Shown in pieces: positions 23,852-35,184 of a DNA stretch of 38,972 nt. The stretch comes from Neolecta irregularis DAH-3 (Eukaryota). Every line of letters starts with the position of its first letter. Within the stretch, counting starts at the first letter, position 1. Location of the stretch: contig LXFE01000168.1 in assembly GCA_001929475.1 (NCBI GenBank), forward strand, positions 1 to 38,972. The letters run 5' to 3'. The notes under the pieces were generated by a model, which was not told where the DNA came from, made no database searches, and saw only the letters and a program-made list of their open reading frames with translations. A program made the position numbers and the translations under genes.

Positions 23852-26800
23852 TCATCTCCTTCCTGGTCTGCGACTCTTCATTGGAGCTATCTTTCGTCCT
23901 CCTCCGGGACTTGCTGCCGCATTTCCAGGTGCTCCAATGTTGAAACTAAAACCAGGGGTCGGGGCTGGAGCGGCGCCAAGCACAAACTGCGAATTAGACT
24001 GGCCAGGAGTTGTTGGAGTTGTTGGCTGATTCGAAACCCCAGATGTACTTGTGCCAAAGTTGAAGGATGGTGTAGTGCTAAAATTCAATTGAGAAGGTGC
24101 TGCTTGCTGCTGTTGGGGGGCGCCAAAGACGGGTGGTGTGGATCCTCCACCAAAATTAAATGAGAATCCATTGTTTTGTGCAACAGGGTTGCTGTTGGTA
24201 GCACCAAATACAGGAACAACAGTGTTTGATAAAGTGTTCGTAGACTGTCCGAAGGTTGTTGAATTGTTTGATCCAAAGTTGTTACTTCCAAAAGAGAAAT
24301 CAGATTTACTCTCGGTCGGCGTAGGAATGTTTCCAAATGCAAACGTATTTGTGTTCGCAGTCTTCACCGCATCATTGTTTCCGAACGAAAAGGAAGGCTT
24401 TGGTGTTTCGTTGTTGGTCGGTCCAAAGTTGAAAGATTTCTTGGTTTCATTTCCCTGTCCAAATTGTGTGCTCGCCCCGGGAGCTCCGAACGGGTTTTGT
24501 GGTGCGATGAGCGAATTACCAGAGCTGAAGGTTGTGTTGGGCTTTGGTGCTTCGTCTTTTTTCTCAGTGGTTGAGATCCCCCATGAGAATCCATTGGTTG
24601 TCACCACCGGCTTAGTTTCTGTCGTCGTCGCTGTACCAAATGCAAATCCAGAGGGTTTGGATGGTTCATTATTGGTAGCAGGAGAATGACCACCCAAATT
24701 TTGACCATCCATATCCATGTCAGTCTCCCCAGCGTTCCCCGGAACTTGGGTATGAGTGGCTCCAAAGGCTAGTTGAGTTCTCGCGGGGTCGACCTTCTTC
24801 GCCTGGTCAGACATGCCAAAAGCGAAACTGGCGGCACCAGCAGGTGGCCCAGTGAATCCGAAGGGATTCGTTGCTTTCTCGATGACAGCAGTTGCAGCTG
24901 AAGAGAGAAGCGATGAGGCAGGCTTCTCCTCTTGCTTAGGAGCACTGAAAAATGATGGTGCAGCGGTCGTATCTTTCTTTGGAAATCTGAATGGAGAAGC
25001 AGTAGCCGAGGGCATATCAGGCTGTTTTGTGAGGTATCCAAACGAAAAGGCTGCTATAGGAGTATCCTTTGCAATTTCATCGGTTGATCCGTTAGCTGAA
25101 AGGTTGGTTCCCAAAGAGAACGATGATGTTGCTGCATCATGAGAAAGAGGCTGAGCACCGACCGAGAATGAGAATGGCTTAGGCGTTTCCTCCTTCTCGG
25201 GTTGAGAAGTGGCGGGAGCAGTAAATGAAAAACCATTCGTTTTGGGTTGATGATCTGTTTTCGCAGGTGTGCCAAAGTTGAAAGAGGAGACTGCGTCGGC
25301 ATTAATTTTCGTCTCTACCGTATTACCGAACGAAGGAACGGGCGGATTGGTTGTCTGTTCGGCAATGCTGGAAGAAGCAGTTGAACCAAACGAGAACTTT
25401 GGCACGCTGTCATCTTTTTTCTCTGCAGGCGAATTCGGCATTTTAGTATCAAAGAAGCTGGGAGTTTCAGGTTTATCTTCTGACGGTTTGGTAGCACCAA
25501 AAGTGAAGGCAGGTAGTTTTACGGGGACCTCGCTCTTTTTCTGGGGTTCAGGAGCATGGGTAGTGCCGGACGAGAATATTATAGCGTGTTCGCTAGTACT
25601 TTGAGTTTTCTCTTCCAATTGGGCAGGCGCTACGAACAGGGTAGGTGCGTTGTCTTTTTTAAGGACAGCTGACACTTGATTGTTCTCTGGAGAAAATGTT
25701 GCAAATTGAATTGATGGTGCAGTTGTCTTCTCTCCCCCAAAGAGAGCGGGAGTTGACTGGCCGTTTACTTTTGGTAATTCAGTGTTGTCCTTGGGGATTC
25801 CAAACAAGAGCGTAGAAGTTGAAGAGGAAGTTGCGGAGTCTCTAAGGGCAGGAACACGGGGTTTAAATCCAAATTTGGATGGACTGTCGAGAGCCGTAGA
25901 GCCGTTCTCCCAGCTCATATCAACTTCTCTAGCCTTGATTTTATCCGGGCTTTTAGAGATTGTGGATTCATCAACGATCATCTTGGTCTTCTTCCGGGGA
26001 TGCTCATTTTCCATTTCAATATCTTGCATCGGACCGAATATTTCATCGAGGTCCTCTTCGCGAGCGCTGAAAAACCCCGGTCGCTTCTTGCGTGCTTCTG
26101 GAATCATCGAGACATCAAAGAACGCGACAACCTTTTGACTTGTGGAGGGAGCAGACTTGGTATCTGCGATTGGCGCCAAATTGGAGGACATGTATTGCTC
26201 TGCTGAAGATGGCTGCTTCGAGATTTTGGCGGATTCGTCAACTTGTTGAGGAGAGGGAGGCGGAAGCGTGTTTATTCGCCTGCGGGTCTTTGGTTTCGGA
26301 GGCTCCATGGTTTTGGAAGACGTCGGAACTTCACTAGCTGCTCGTCTTGTTCTCGCAACAGAATTCCCGGCCTTTCTTTTCCTTGGGGGCGACTCATTAG
26401 ATATCTGACGACTTCGTTTGCGCCTTTCTTGAAGCGAAGTGATTTCTCCATGATCTTCTTCAGCAATAGTAGTTGGAGCAGGTGCTTTGATCAGAATTGG
26501 CATAGCCGATGCAGAGCGGCTAGTTGTGAGCTACCACGAAAGTACTGGAAATGCACCGATGACGGTAGTGACTCTGGTCAAATTGATTTCTACTCTTCTC
26601 CTCACGACAGATGATTTCCCATCGCCGGCATACTTCCTTCCAAGCAGCCAGGATCTGAGGACCGGTACTCCGAGGCCATTCGACAGGATCCAAATGTAAT
26701 CTTGGATCTGTTAAATCGGGTGGAGGGATAGCATGTGAAATTTTCGAAGGTGCCGTTGGGAGAAACGATGACTCTGCTTTCGAAACACCATTTGGTTTTG

Positions 26801-27618
26801 ATTTCATAGGCCCTGATTGAAGTCCTTGTCGATCAAGAAAATCGAGATCCAAACGCAAATTCTGAAATCGTTCGATGTCTGCGTGATGCTCTAAAGGCGG
26901 GGTTTCGTCTGAGAGTAGAGAACGAAGTGAAAGTCCATGCGATCCGAGCCATTTTAGAGTTTCGGCGTCTCTTCTGGCATACGTCTCAGCCGTGATCTGA
27001 AATGATTTTTTCTTTTGTAGAGGATTCCTAAGATCTGACATCGAACGCGGCTTTTTGAAGGGGGCTTCCCTATAATTATCAACAACATTATCCGTCAATA
27101 GATGGTAAAAGGCGACATACATTGTTGCTGAATCGTCATCCGCAAGTTCCTCCTGGTCTTTTGGCAAATTTCCACGACCTTTTCGCACAACCCATGGGGT
27201 CTGACCAACAAAATGAGGCGCCAGTTCTGGTCGCAGAAGACTCTGCTTCTTTTGAATCGGCTCTTGTGTTTCTCCCAATACCCCCTCCTCAATCTGATTA
27301 GTAAGACTGCGTTGTTTCTGGCGACGAGCGGGCGACGCTAAATCCTCCGAAAATAACGTATTCAAAGCCGAATTGAACGTCCTCGATACGAGGGACGTCA
27401 CTCCCGATGCAATAGCCTTGAGAAAGGACTGTTCCTTGAGGACCATAAGCATGAATTCTAAAAATTTGCGAAACTAGGAAGTATACCTGTTCGATAGTAG
27501 GAGTTAGATCCTTTCCCGCAATAGTCGTCGGCCGACCTTTGGCATATGGTTTCCCTGAGCGCGGTACCCTGCGAGCGCTACGCATAGGCCCTGTGGGGGT
27601 ATTGGCCGAGGTGGCCAT
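23852..27618 (-). CDS. Nuclear-basket FG nucleoporin (Nup1/Nup124/Nup153-like), about 3 introns
   Basis: Many FxFG repeats (FSFG, FNFG, FAFG) with charged spacers. C-terminal GRKIAPMKSRR resembles the Nup1/Nup153 terminal basic motif. N-terminal KPY motif and amphipathic SFLKAIASGVTSLVSRTF. Confidence 0.85.
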
Positions 27619-28213
27619 GTTGGAAGAGGAAACAGTTAGGAGGTTGGGTGTTGAACTACCAGAGGCAAGTCTGAAGCCATGTTTTGGGTGGTGAGTGCGA
27701 GAAAGTCACGTTTTGTTTAGATCAGCGCTAATGAATGAAAATGTCATTCGCTCACTCGGTGAAAACAAGAAAATTATGTGCATATGAAGATGTATGAGCT
27801 ACTCCAGTGACACGTCGCTCTCTATTAGACGATGGAGTGAAAGAATCGACTACTACAACCAGCACGAAGCTGAAATCAAAGACATTCGTGAAACCCGGCT
27901 CCTGTCGTGGGATCTCTGTGTTTTCACTAGCTCAGAAAGCAAGATAGAATTCCTTCCCTTCAGCAAATGGCGTATTAGAGGCAAATTTTTCTGATCTGAA
28001 TGTATACATGCATTTACCTCGCATAATTCAAAACAATTGCCCTGAAACCTCCAATCCTATTCGTCATGTGTCAAAAACCTCGTCTTATGCCGCTTCAAAT
28101 TCTGATGTCGTGGTGAATCGTATCTACGATAAGGGAAAGCACCTGGCCATGTGATAGCGCGATCATCGACGGCACTGTTAATATCTAATCGCCTTACTCC
28201 ACCAATAACTACA

Positions 28214-29925
28214 ATGGCGTCTTCCGATGCTGTTGATGTCCTCACGGTGGACTCACTTCCAGAGCTACTCAGGGATGATGACAATGTCAAGTTGGCGGGG
28301 ATTGATGTAGATGGACTATTAAGGGGAAAAGTTGTAAGCAAAACTAAGTTCTTGAGTTCTGTTCAGAATGGCTTTGGGTACGTAATCCTACGCCCTGAGT
28401 CGAGATCTGGAAAGCAGATTGAATTGTTTTTCAGAAATCGTATGGGACGATTTTTATCTTGTCAAACATCATTGCCCTCATACTAACTCCTCTAGGTTCT
28501 GTTCGGTGATCTTCGGGTGGGACTTGCATGACAAAACCTACTCTCAGTCTACTGCAATATCATCCGCTGAGACTGGATTTTCGGATATCACCGCAAAAAT
28601 CGATTTCTCGTCATTTCGCCGGATTCCCTTTGAGCATAATTTACCCTTTTTCCTGGTAGTTCTCTGTTTCTTCAAGATAGAACTTGACAGCAGGTTACAT
28701 TTCACTATCCAAATGGTAAACCCCTTGAGTTTTGTCCTCGCGGAGTTCTACACTCGGTTGTTGAGAAGTTTGAAACAAGCGGTATGACACCCATGGCAGG
28801 CATCGAGTTTGAATTTTTCAATTTTCAGGAGACCGCTAGATCTCTGAAGAAGAAGGGATACGCTGGCCTCGATCATCTCACCCCGGGAATGTGTGGATAT
28901 TCGCTTCTTCGACCACTCGCCAATCAATCATTCTTCCACGGAATCACCAAACTTGCCAGACAAATTGGCTGTCCCATTGAATCTCTACACACTGAGTCTG
29001 GTCCAGGTGTCTACGAAATCGCATTGGAATACACTTCAGTTAGAGCCCTTGCTGATCGTGCTTGTCTTCTTAAATGGGGTGTCAAGGCTCTCGCTTTGGG
29101 ACATGGAATCACTCCATGTTTCATGGCGAAACCTCTTCAGGGCTTACCTGGAAACAGCGGTCATATTCATCTTAGCCTCCTCTCCAGCGATGGCACAAAC
29201 TTATTTTCCCGGAAAACACGCGATGAGCAGGCCAAGTGGAGCGATATTGCTTGGTTGAGCGATACAGGACGACAATTCCTTGCGGGGATATTAAACGGGA
29301 TCGAGGATGTCATGCCTCTTCTCGCTCCAAATGTCAATTCGTAGGCTTCATGTTTCACGCGAGTACACCAAACTCATATAAAGGTACAAACGACTCGTGG
29401 AGAATTTCTGGGCACCTTTGAACGTTTCATGGGGATTTGAAAGTCGACTTGCGAGTATTCGAGTAATTGCACCTCCAGTATACCTTGCGCAAGCGAGTTT
29501 CGCATTTGACATTGTAGTTGGCGTCCCCAAAAGCTACTCGTCTTGAAGTTCGCGTACCGGGAGCTGATGGTAATCTTGATTGTCTCCTTTTCGTGATTTA
29601 CTAACACATTTCAAGTCCATCCTTATTTCGCATTGGCAGCTCTTCTTGCACTTGGATTGAAAGGAATCAAAGAGAAAGCCGAGATTCCGTTCGGTCCGGT
29701 TCCTACAATTGGAAGACGCCTCGCAAGAGACCTGCGTGAAGCCACTGCTCGATTCAGAAAAGGTGTTGCTAATGAGGTTTGATTATTGTGATAACTTTGC
29801 TGATTCAATAGCTATTTGGCCCAGAGTTTGTGGAGCATTTGGCAAGGACACGGGAACATGAAATTAGAGAGTGGGAGCAAGCTACTACTTCGTGGGAGAG
29901 GGAACGGTACATGGAGTTGATATAA
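28214..29925 (+). CDS. Glutamine synthetase type I-like enzyme (FluG C-terminal/gamma-glutamyl ligase-like), multi-exon
   Basis: AGIDVDGLLRGK, GFG|FCSVIFGWD, CPRGVL, GIEFEFF, HTESGPGVYE, FMAKP..GNSGHIHLSL, NS|YKRLVENFWAP, RLASIR, RLEVRVPGAD and WERERYMELI*. Confidence 0.88.
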
Positions 29926-30156
29926 ATGAGTGATATTTCTACTGTTTAATACAGTTTTCAGCTATTACGATAATAGAGCTCCCCTAAGCTTGCAAATTTA
30001 CCCTCCCCAAAAATATGTCTAGAATATGCCATTAAATAATAGAAGTGAAAGGTCTATTTGCCAAAACAGGCGTGGCCAAAATAGCGTGAGCAAGCTTTGT
30101 AACTTTTATAAACTTTCCTTGGCAGGATTAGCTATCGGTCGAGTGAACGCAAAAAC

Positions 30157-31947
30157 TCACGTCTGAACATTTGTAAGTACAATTACAATGGTCGAAAACA
30201 CGGTGCTGGAGATCCATACGGTTCTAGCCGCCAGGCGAGCGCGGAAGACTTGTTGTTCCAGAGCACAGAGCCTGGTTTCGAATAACCCGAGCTGGTAACT
30301 GTTGTTTTGTCTGCTTTGGTATTCCGCCGATAGACGGTTTTGACGGGCCCATATTTGCGATTCGTGCGACGAAATAAGGAGGTTAAGGGACGCGAAATAG
30401 CTGTGTGCGATTTGATATTGTATTGATGGGTCGTGCGTTCCTGAGTCGTCTATGTAGAGACCCCACATTGGTGAATGCCCGTCGTAAATCCTCAGAGTGG
30501 TGACATGGGATTCTTTGGTTTTGGTCATTGTGAGATGCTGGGAAATGTCTTGGACTATTTCAATTTGAAAGATCATGGAGAGCGCGGATAGACCTAATTC
30601 ACGCAAGACATCAAGGTCTGTAGAAAAGCTGTTCAAGAGATAGCCTGCTTCCAAATCGCAAGGTTCACCACGGGAATCAGGCCATCGTGACTGTTCCATG
30701 TCAAAATAGCCCAAGTTACCCGTCCAAGAGACGATGTTCTCTGCGATTCGAGAAGATTCGGAAGCGATGATTTCTCCAAAGGAGAGTGTGGGTAAAAGAC
30801 CCTTGAAAGTAGGCTGTGAATGGCTTCTTCCAAACATGACAGCTCGGAAGATCCGGATAACATCATCGTGCATCAGACAAGTTCGGAACGAGTCAACTGA
30901 ACGTGAAGTATCTTTAAAAGCATAAGTAAACAATTGATGTGCATCCTCCAAAACGGCTTGAAGTGGAAGGTTGTGGACAGTAATGGAGGTTGCGTGGAAA
31001 TACGAGGCCTGATGGTCTACCCACCGAAGGAAATATGGATGTTTGCTAGCTGTATAGAGGACTGAGGGAGGCGGAGGAATGACTGAACCGAGATCCACTG
31101 ACAAAGCGGGGATTCTAGAGACTTAGAATGTTCAGGGTGAGCCGAGTACTCAATTGGCCTCTTGTAGTCTTTGGAATATAGCGTGTGTTGAGAGAGTAGC
31201 GCAGGTCTATAAATGGAAGAAAGCCCATCAGGCGGATTCTTGCAGGACTTATTTTGGACTGGATCATTTTGGGGGGGATGTGATTCTCCCACATGATTAT
31301 CATCGATAGACGTTAGATATTCTCTTAGGCGGTGATCGCGCTGACAAGGTCCTCTGTTGGAGTCAAGTTTGGAGCTGGAAAGACTATGCATGAGAAATGG
31401 AAGGCAGCTTTTGAAAATACGCAGCGTCGATCTCCCTGTAAGTTTCCTCGAGAAGATTTATGGAAGCCGGAGTGAGGGATGAGGTGTTTGAGCTCTGGTA
31501 GCAGAGTGAATCGAAAGAGTCGGCGCTTGAAACGGGATTGTGCCGCGAACTGTTAAGTCAGGAGCAAGTCTTGGGTGGCACAAAGAACCTAGTTCTCATT
31601 ACGGAGGGATCCGGAAGGTGTTTACAGGGGTCGGAAGCTAGACCAAAGGGCAGAAGCGGCTGGGGTCTCTTTGGCGAATGGGGAAGAGGAGAAAGGGGAG
31701 AGTATGTGTGAATGTGTGGAAGGGCGGGAGCCGCGAGGGTAGGGGAGGTCGAGGGCGGAGACGGCGGCGGGTAGCTGTGCAGGCGGCTGCTGTGGACAGA
31801 TTTGAGGGAGCTAGAGGTGTCAGATGAGTGTTTGTCTGGGAGATGGTCTGTGGGATCTGCGATGATGGAGTAGAAGTCGTTTGAGGAGACTGCTGAATTG
31901 AGGGCGCTAAGCGAGTCAAGAACGGAGAAGAAGTCTTCGTCAGACAT
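30157..31947 (-). CDS. Hypothetical protein: Ser/Pro-rich N-terminus plus a globular C-terminal domain, 3-4 introns
   Basis: ORFs 31558..31947, 31017..31391 and 30157..31104 join in frame through 35-39-nt GT-AG introns (donors GTTCTT, GTATTT, GTACTC). TATAAAAG at about 31981-31988. Confidence 0.65.
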
Positions 31948-32482
31948 AGGCGGATGCTGGATGAAAGGTGGAGAGGATTACTTTTATAGCAGGCGGCGGC
32001 AAGGACGTGGCCTGTTGAACAAGCACCCGGTCGATCCTGGAGGTTTCTTCCATCCACGCGGTCGAGTACCGGGGCGAAGCACTGCTTTTCCTTTAGAAGA
32101 CACCGTGTAAAGTGGCACGCACCAGCTGCTTTTACTACGATGCTGCTCGCATTAATAGCACTGTTGCTCTGCCAGCTACATTCTCACGAAAGAACCTTTA
32201 TTTCTTACACCCTGGTCCTCTTCAATTTTAGCCATCAGTTTCCTAAACATATTATGTCCCCAAAAACTTTGGCAGTAGTGTAGTATGTGTTGGAAGTAGT
32301 ATGCTTGAAGTATCAATGATGTTGTTGGTTTGTCATGCTGGTTCTTTTAAATTTAACTATCATCCGAGTGTTTGGTAAGATGTTGGCCCAATCTTTTGGT
32401 TCGTTTTCGTAAATCGAGATCGTCGAGTGGACCCAGAGGTATGTCATATATGTGTGATAATGATACCTTCATACCCTGCAAG

Positions 32483-33940
32483 TTATTCAGGATCTCCTGT
32501 ATTTAGACAATTCAACTTTTCTTGAGTCTTCTTTTCCCTGAATATTTTTCCCTGTTCCCATTTTTTCTGAGCGAGAATACGATGTGCATGTCGTTTACTT
32601 TTTATATGCTCCGTCCATTGTGTCTCGCCGACAATCACAAGCGCTTGGTTCCCAGTCGCACATGTCTCACAGACAAAGCGGGTCTTGTCCTTGGTTCTGC
32701 TATTCAGTATCCCATTTTTATACTCTGTGATACCCCTTGTCATATATTGTGAGTAATTTCTCTAGTCCGTTGTTGGGCCCTACCGGTGTATCTTTCCCAT
32801 TGACAAATTCTGGCAAAGTTATTAGAGATTTTCCTATAGAGTTGTGCCTATTGCAATACGACTAGCTTCGGATGAGACGCTATCCCACTTTTCAGGTTCG
32901 GTGGAATCGATTATGTACACGGGCACAGAGAGACTCTTGCACTGTCCCAGAAGACTGTTTCGGATCCACTGGATCTGTCTCTTTGCATATTTTCGAGTGG
33001 CAGATTTAAAGTGCTCAATGCAAATCTCGAGTCCCGTTTTGTTTTCCAGGTAGGGTATGAATTGTTTGTATCCAATGATTTGGTATATCCCGCGGGTGAG
33101 ATCCGTTGGTTTCGAGTCATGCAAAGCCCGCAGCTCGTCAAGTAAACCAGACTAGGGCAATGAATATATTTGTAGAAGGCGATGGTACCTGTATCATATC
33201 GTCAACTCGCTTGTCGAGACGAGCGTTGAGGGCGTCTTGTCTAGTGTATACCCAGAAAATACATGTGCGGTACCGCTTTGAGCATGATTGTTTCGAGATG
33301 ACTTGACTTTGACATGTTCCTGTCTCGTGCAATATCTGGAGTGCTCTAGAGACTTTCCGGTCATCGTTCGGGTGCAGACGATTCGCAGAATCTGGATCCA
33401 GAAGCTGAAGTCTCTCGTAATTTGACAATACGCTCAAGCCTTCATTCCTGGAATCCACATCATTCTTTGACAACTCGGTCGTCGTCGTTGTCACTGGATT
33501 TCCAGAATCTATCAGCGATTCATTGAAGAGGAGGGACTGTATATAGTAATGCGTTCCCCCGACGACAATTGGAGTTTTTCCCTGCATGGAACGTTCCTCA
33601 ATCTCAACGTCAGTGAGCTCACTGGCAGCCCAAAAAGAATTTACGAGTCTTCCTGCATCTCTGACGAATCGACCAACTTGATATTCTTCCCGCCAACTCA
33701 AAAAACTCAAGAGACTGTGTTCAAAATTTCGCTGTTCGGCCAATGGGATTTTGTTGGTGACGATGTCGCAGCCTTTGTATACCTGCATTGCATCTCCATT
33801 GATTACGCAGCCGCGCAACGCAAACGCGAGATCTACACCTAGCTGTTCAGGTGAGTACTTGTAGCGGTGTCCCAGAATATTTTACACACCTTGGATTTTC
33901 CAGAGGCGGTGGTACCTAGGACTACTAATAATGTGTGCAT
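32483..33940 (-). CDS. MOD5: tRNA dimethylallyl (isopentenyl) transferase, multi-exon
   Basis: MHTLLVVLGTTASGKSK P-loop, INGDAMQVYKGCDIVTNK, PIVVGGTHYYIQSLL, RLHPND.RKV.RAL, GIYQIIGYKQF, TRKYAKRQIQWI and a C-terminal CETC...HIKSKRH zinc finger. Confidence 0.95.
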
Positions 33941-35184
33941 TCCTAAAGGAAGCCCGAGTAGAAGTGTTGATAGAGCTATTTGTACTTGCGAAACAGAAAT
34001 TGCGGCATTGGCGCGTCTGCCGATTCATGAGATCGCATCTCCTGATTTTCAATCCATGTGTTTTGCGGCAGTAGAACATCTTGTACTTCTCAGTAGCTTA
34101 CTAATGGGCTGTATTTTCTTGTCTTTCGTGTATAACTGGGATTTGTGTTCGCCTCCTTGATTGACCATTTCACTGTTATTCATAAACGAATATGCATGCT
34201 AAATCTAGCACGTTTGGAAAAGGAACCGCGGAGTAAATATCCTTTGCGTTTAATGCAAGTTGTAAAATATCGTTCAAATAATACACTTGATGCAACTCAT
34301 TTGAAACTGGGCAGACTCTACCAAAAGCATGGGGCCGGTTATGATTTCCTAATGAAGTCGCAAGGCGCCCCTAGAGCAAACTTGGTCAAAGCGCACTAGA
34401 CGCACCGGCAAAACACTAAAAACGATGTCCATTTTTATCTGAAATTTGTTATATTACAAATATTTAAATTCAGCCGAGAGAAACCCCTCTTGTGCAGGGT
34501 CTTTATCATGCCTCACGATCAGACATCACAAGCCACTATGACTCACCCAACGGTTCAAGACTCCTGACGTCGACGCTGATCACAGCCTGACTGTGGCAAG
34601 CAGTACCACCCAGCAAGTCAGGACGGTCACAAGCTTGCCACCCGAGTGGTGTGCAGGGTAAATAGAGATTGCCAGTTCTTCTATAAGTAGGAAGCCCGGC
34701 CAAACCGGAGCTAGAATATACGTAGTTGCCTTTATTTACTGAATTGTGATCGTATATTCCCAGGAAGCCCCCTGAGCGGCAAGTCCAGACACCCAACCCT
34801 CACATCTAACTTGGGCTTGAAGCTTTGCTTCGCTACAAATGCTAAAAGACATTGTACAGACTTATGAATTGGGAAATTCCTGCCTAATCACCCTTTGTTT
34901 GGAGTATAGCCGACGCCAAGTGAGACTTGCGGCTAAAGGACTGTAGGCTCTATTCTTGTCCGTATACTTTGTTCCATAAATAGCTCATTTAAAAAATATG
35001 GCACGGGAATATTGGATACAAATTACGGTTCAGAGATGCTCCAGGGATCTATTGATACTAGGAAAGAAGATAGAAAGTTAAAAACATTTTAATTACATGA
35101 ACACATTTAAGAAATTGATGAACATATTTCTATAAATTTGATTCATGGAAAAATCGTGGAATGTACAGAATTCTATATTCCTTT

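Noticed and set aside
24138..26614. Several plus-strand ORFs of 100-180 aa
   Set aside because: Antisense shadows of the nucleoporin CDS with no independent features.
32268..32292. AGTGTAGTATGTGTT resembling the U2 snRNA branch-recognition region
   Set aside because: No flanking U2 stems or Sm site; probably chance.
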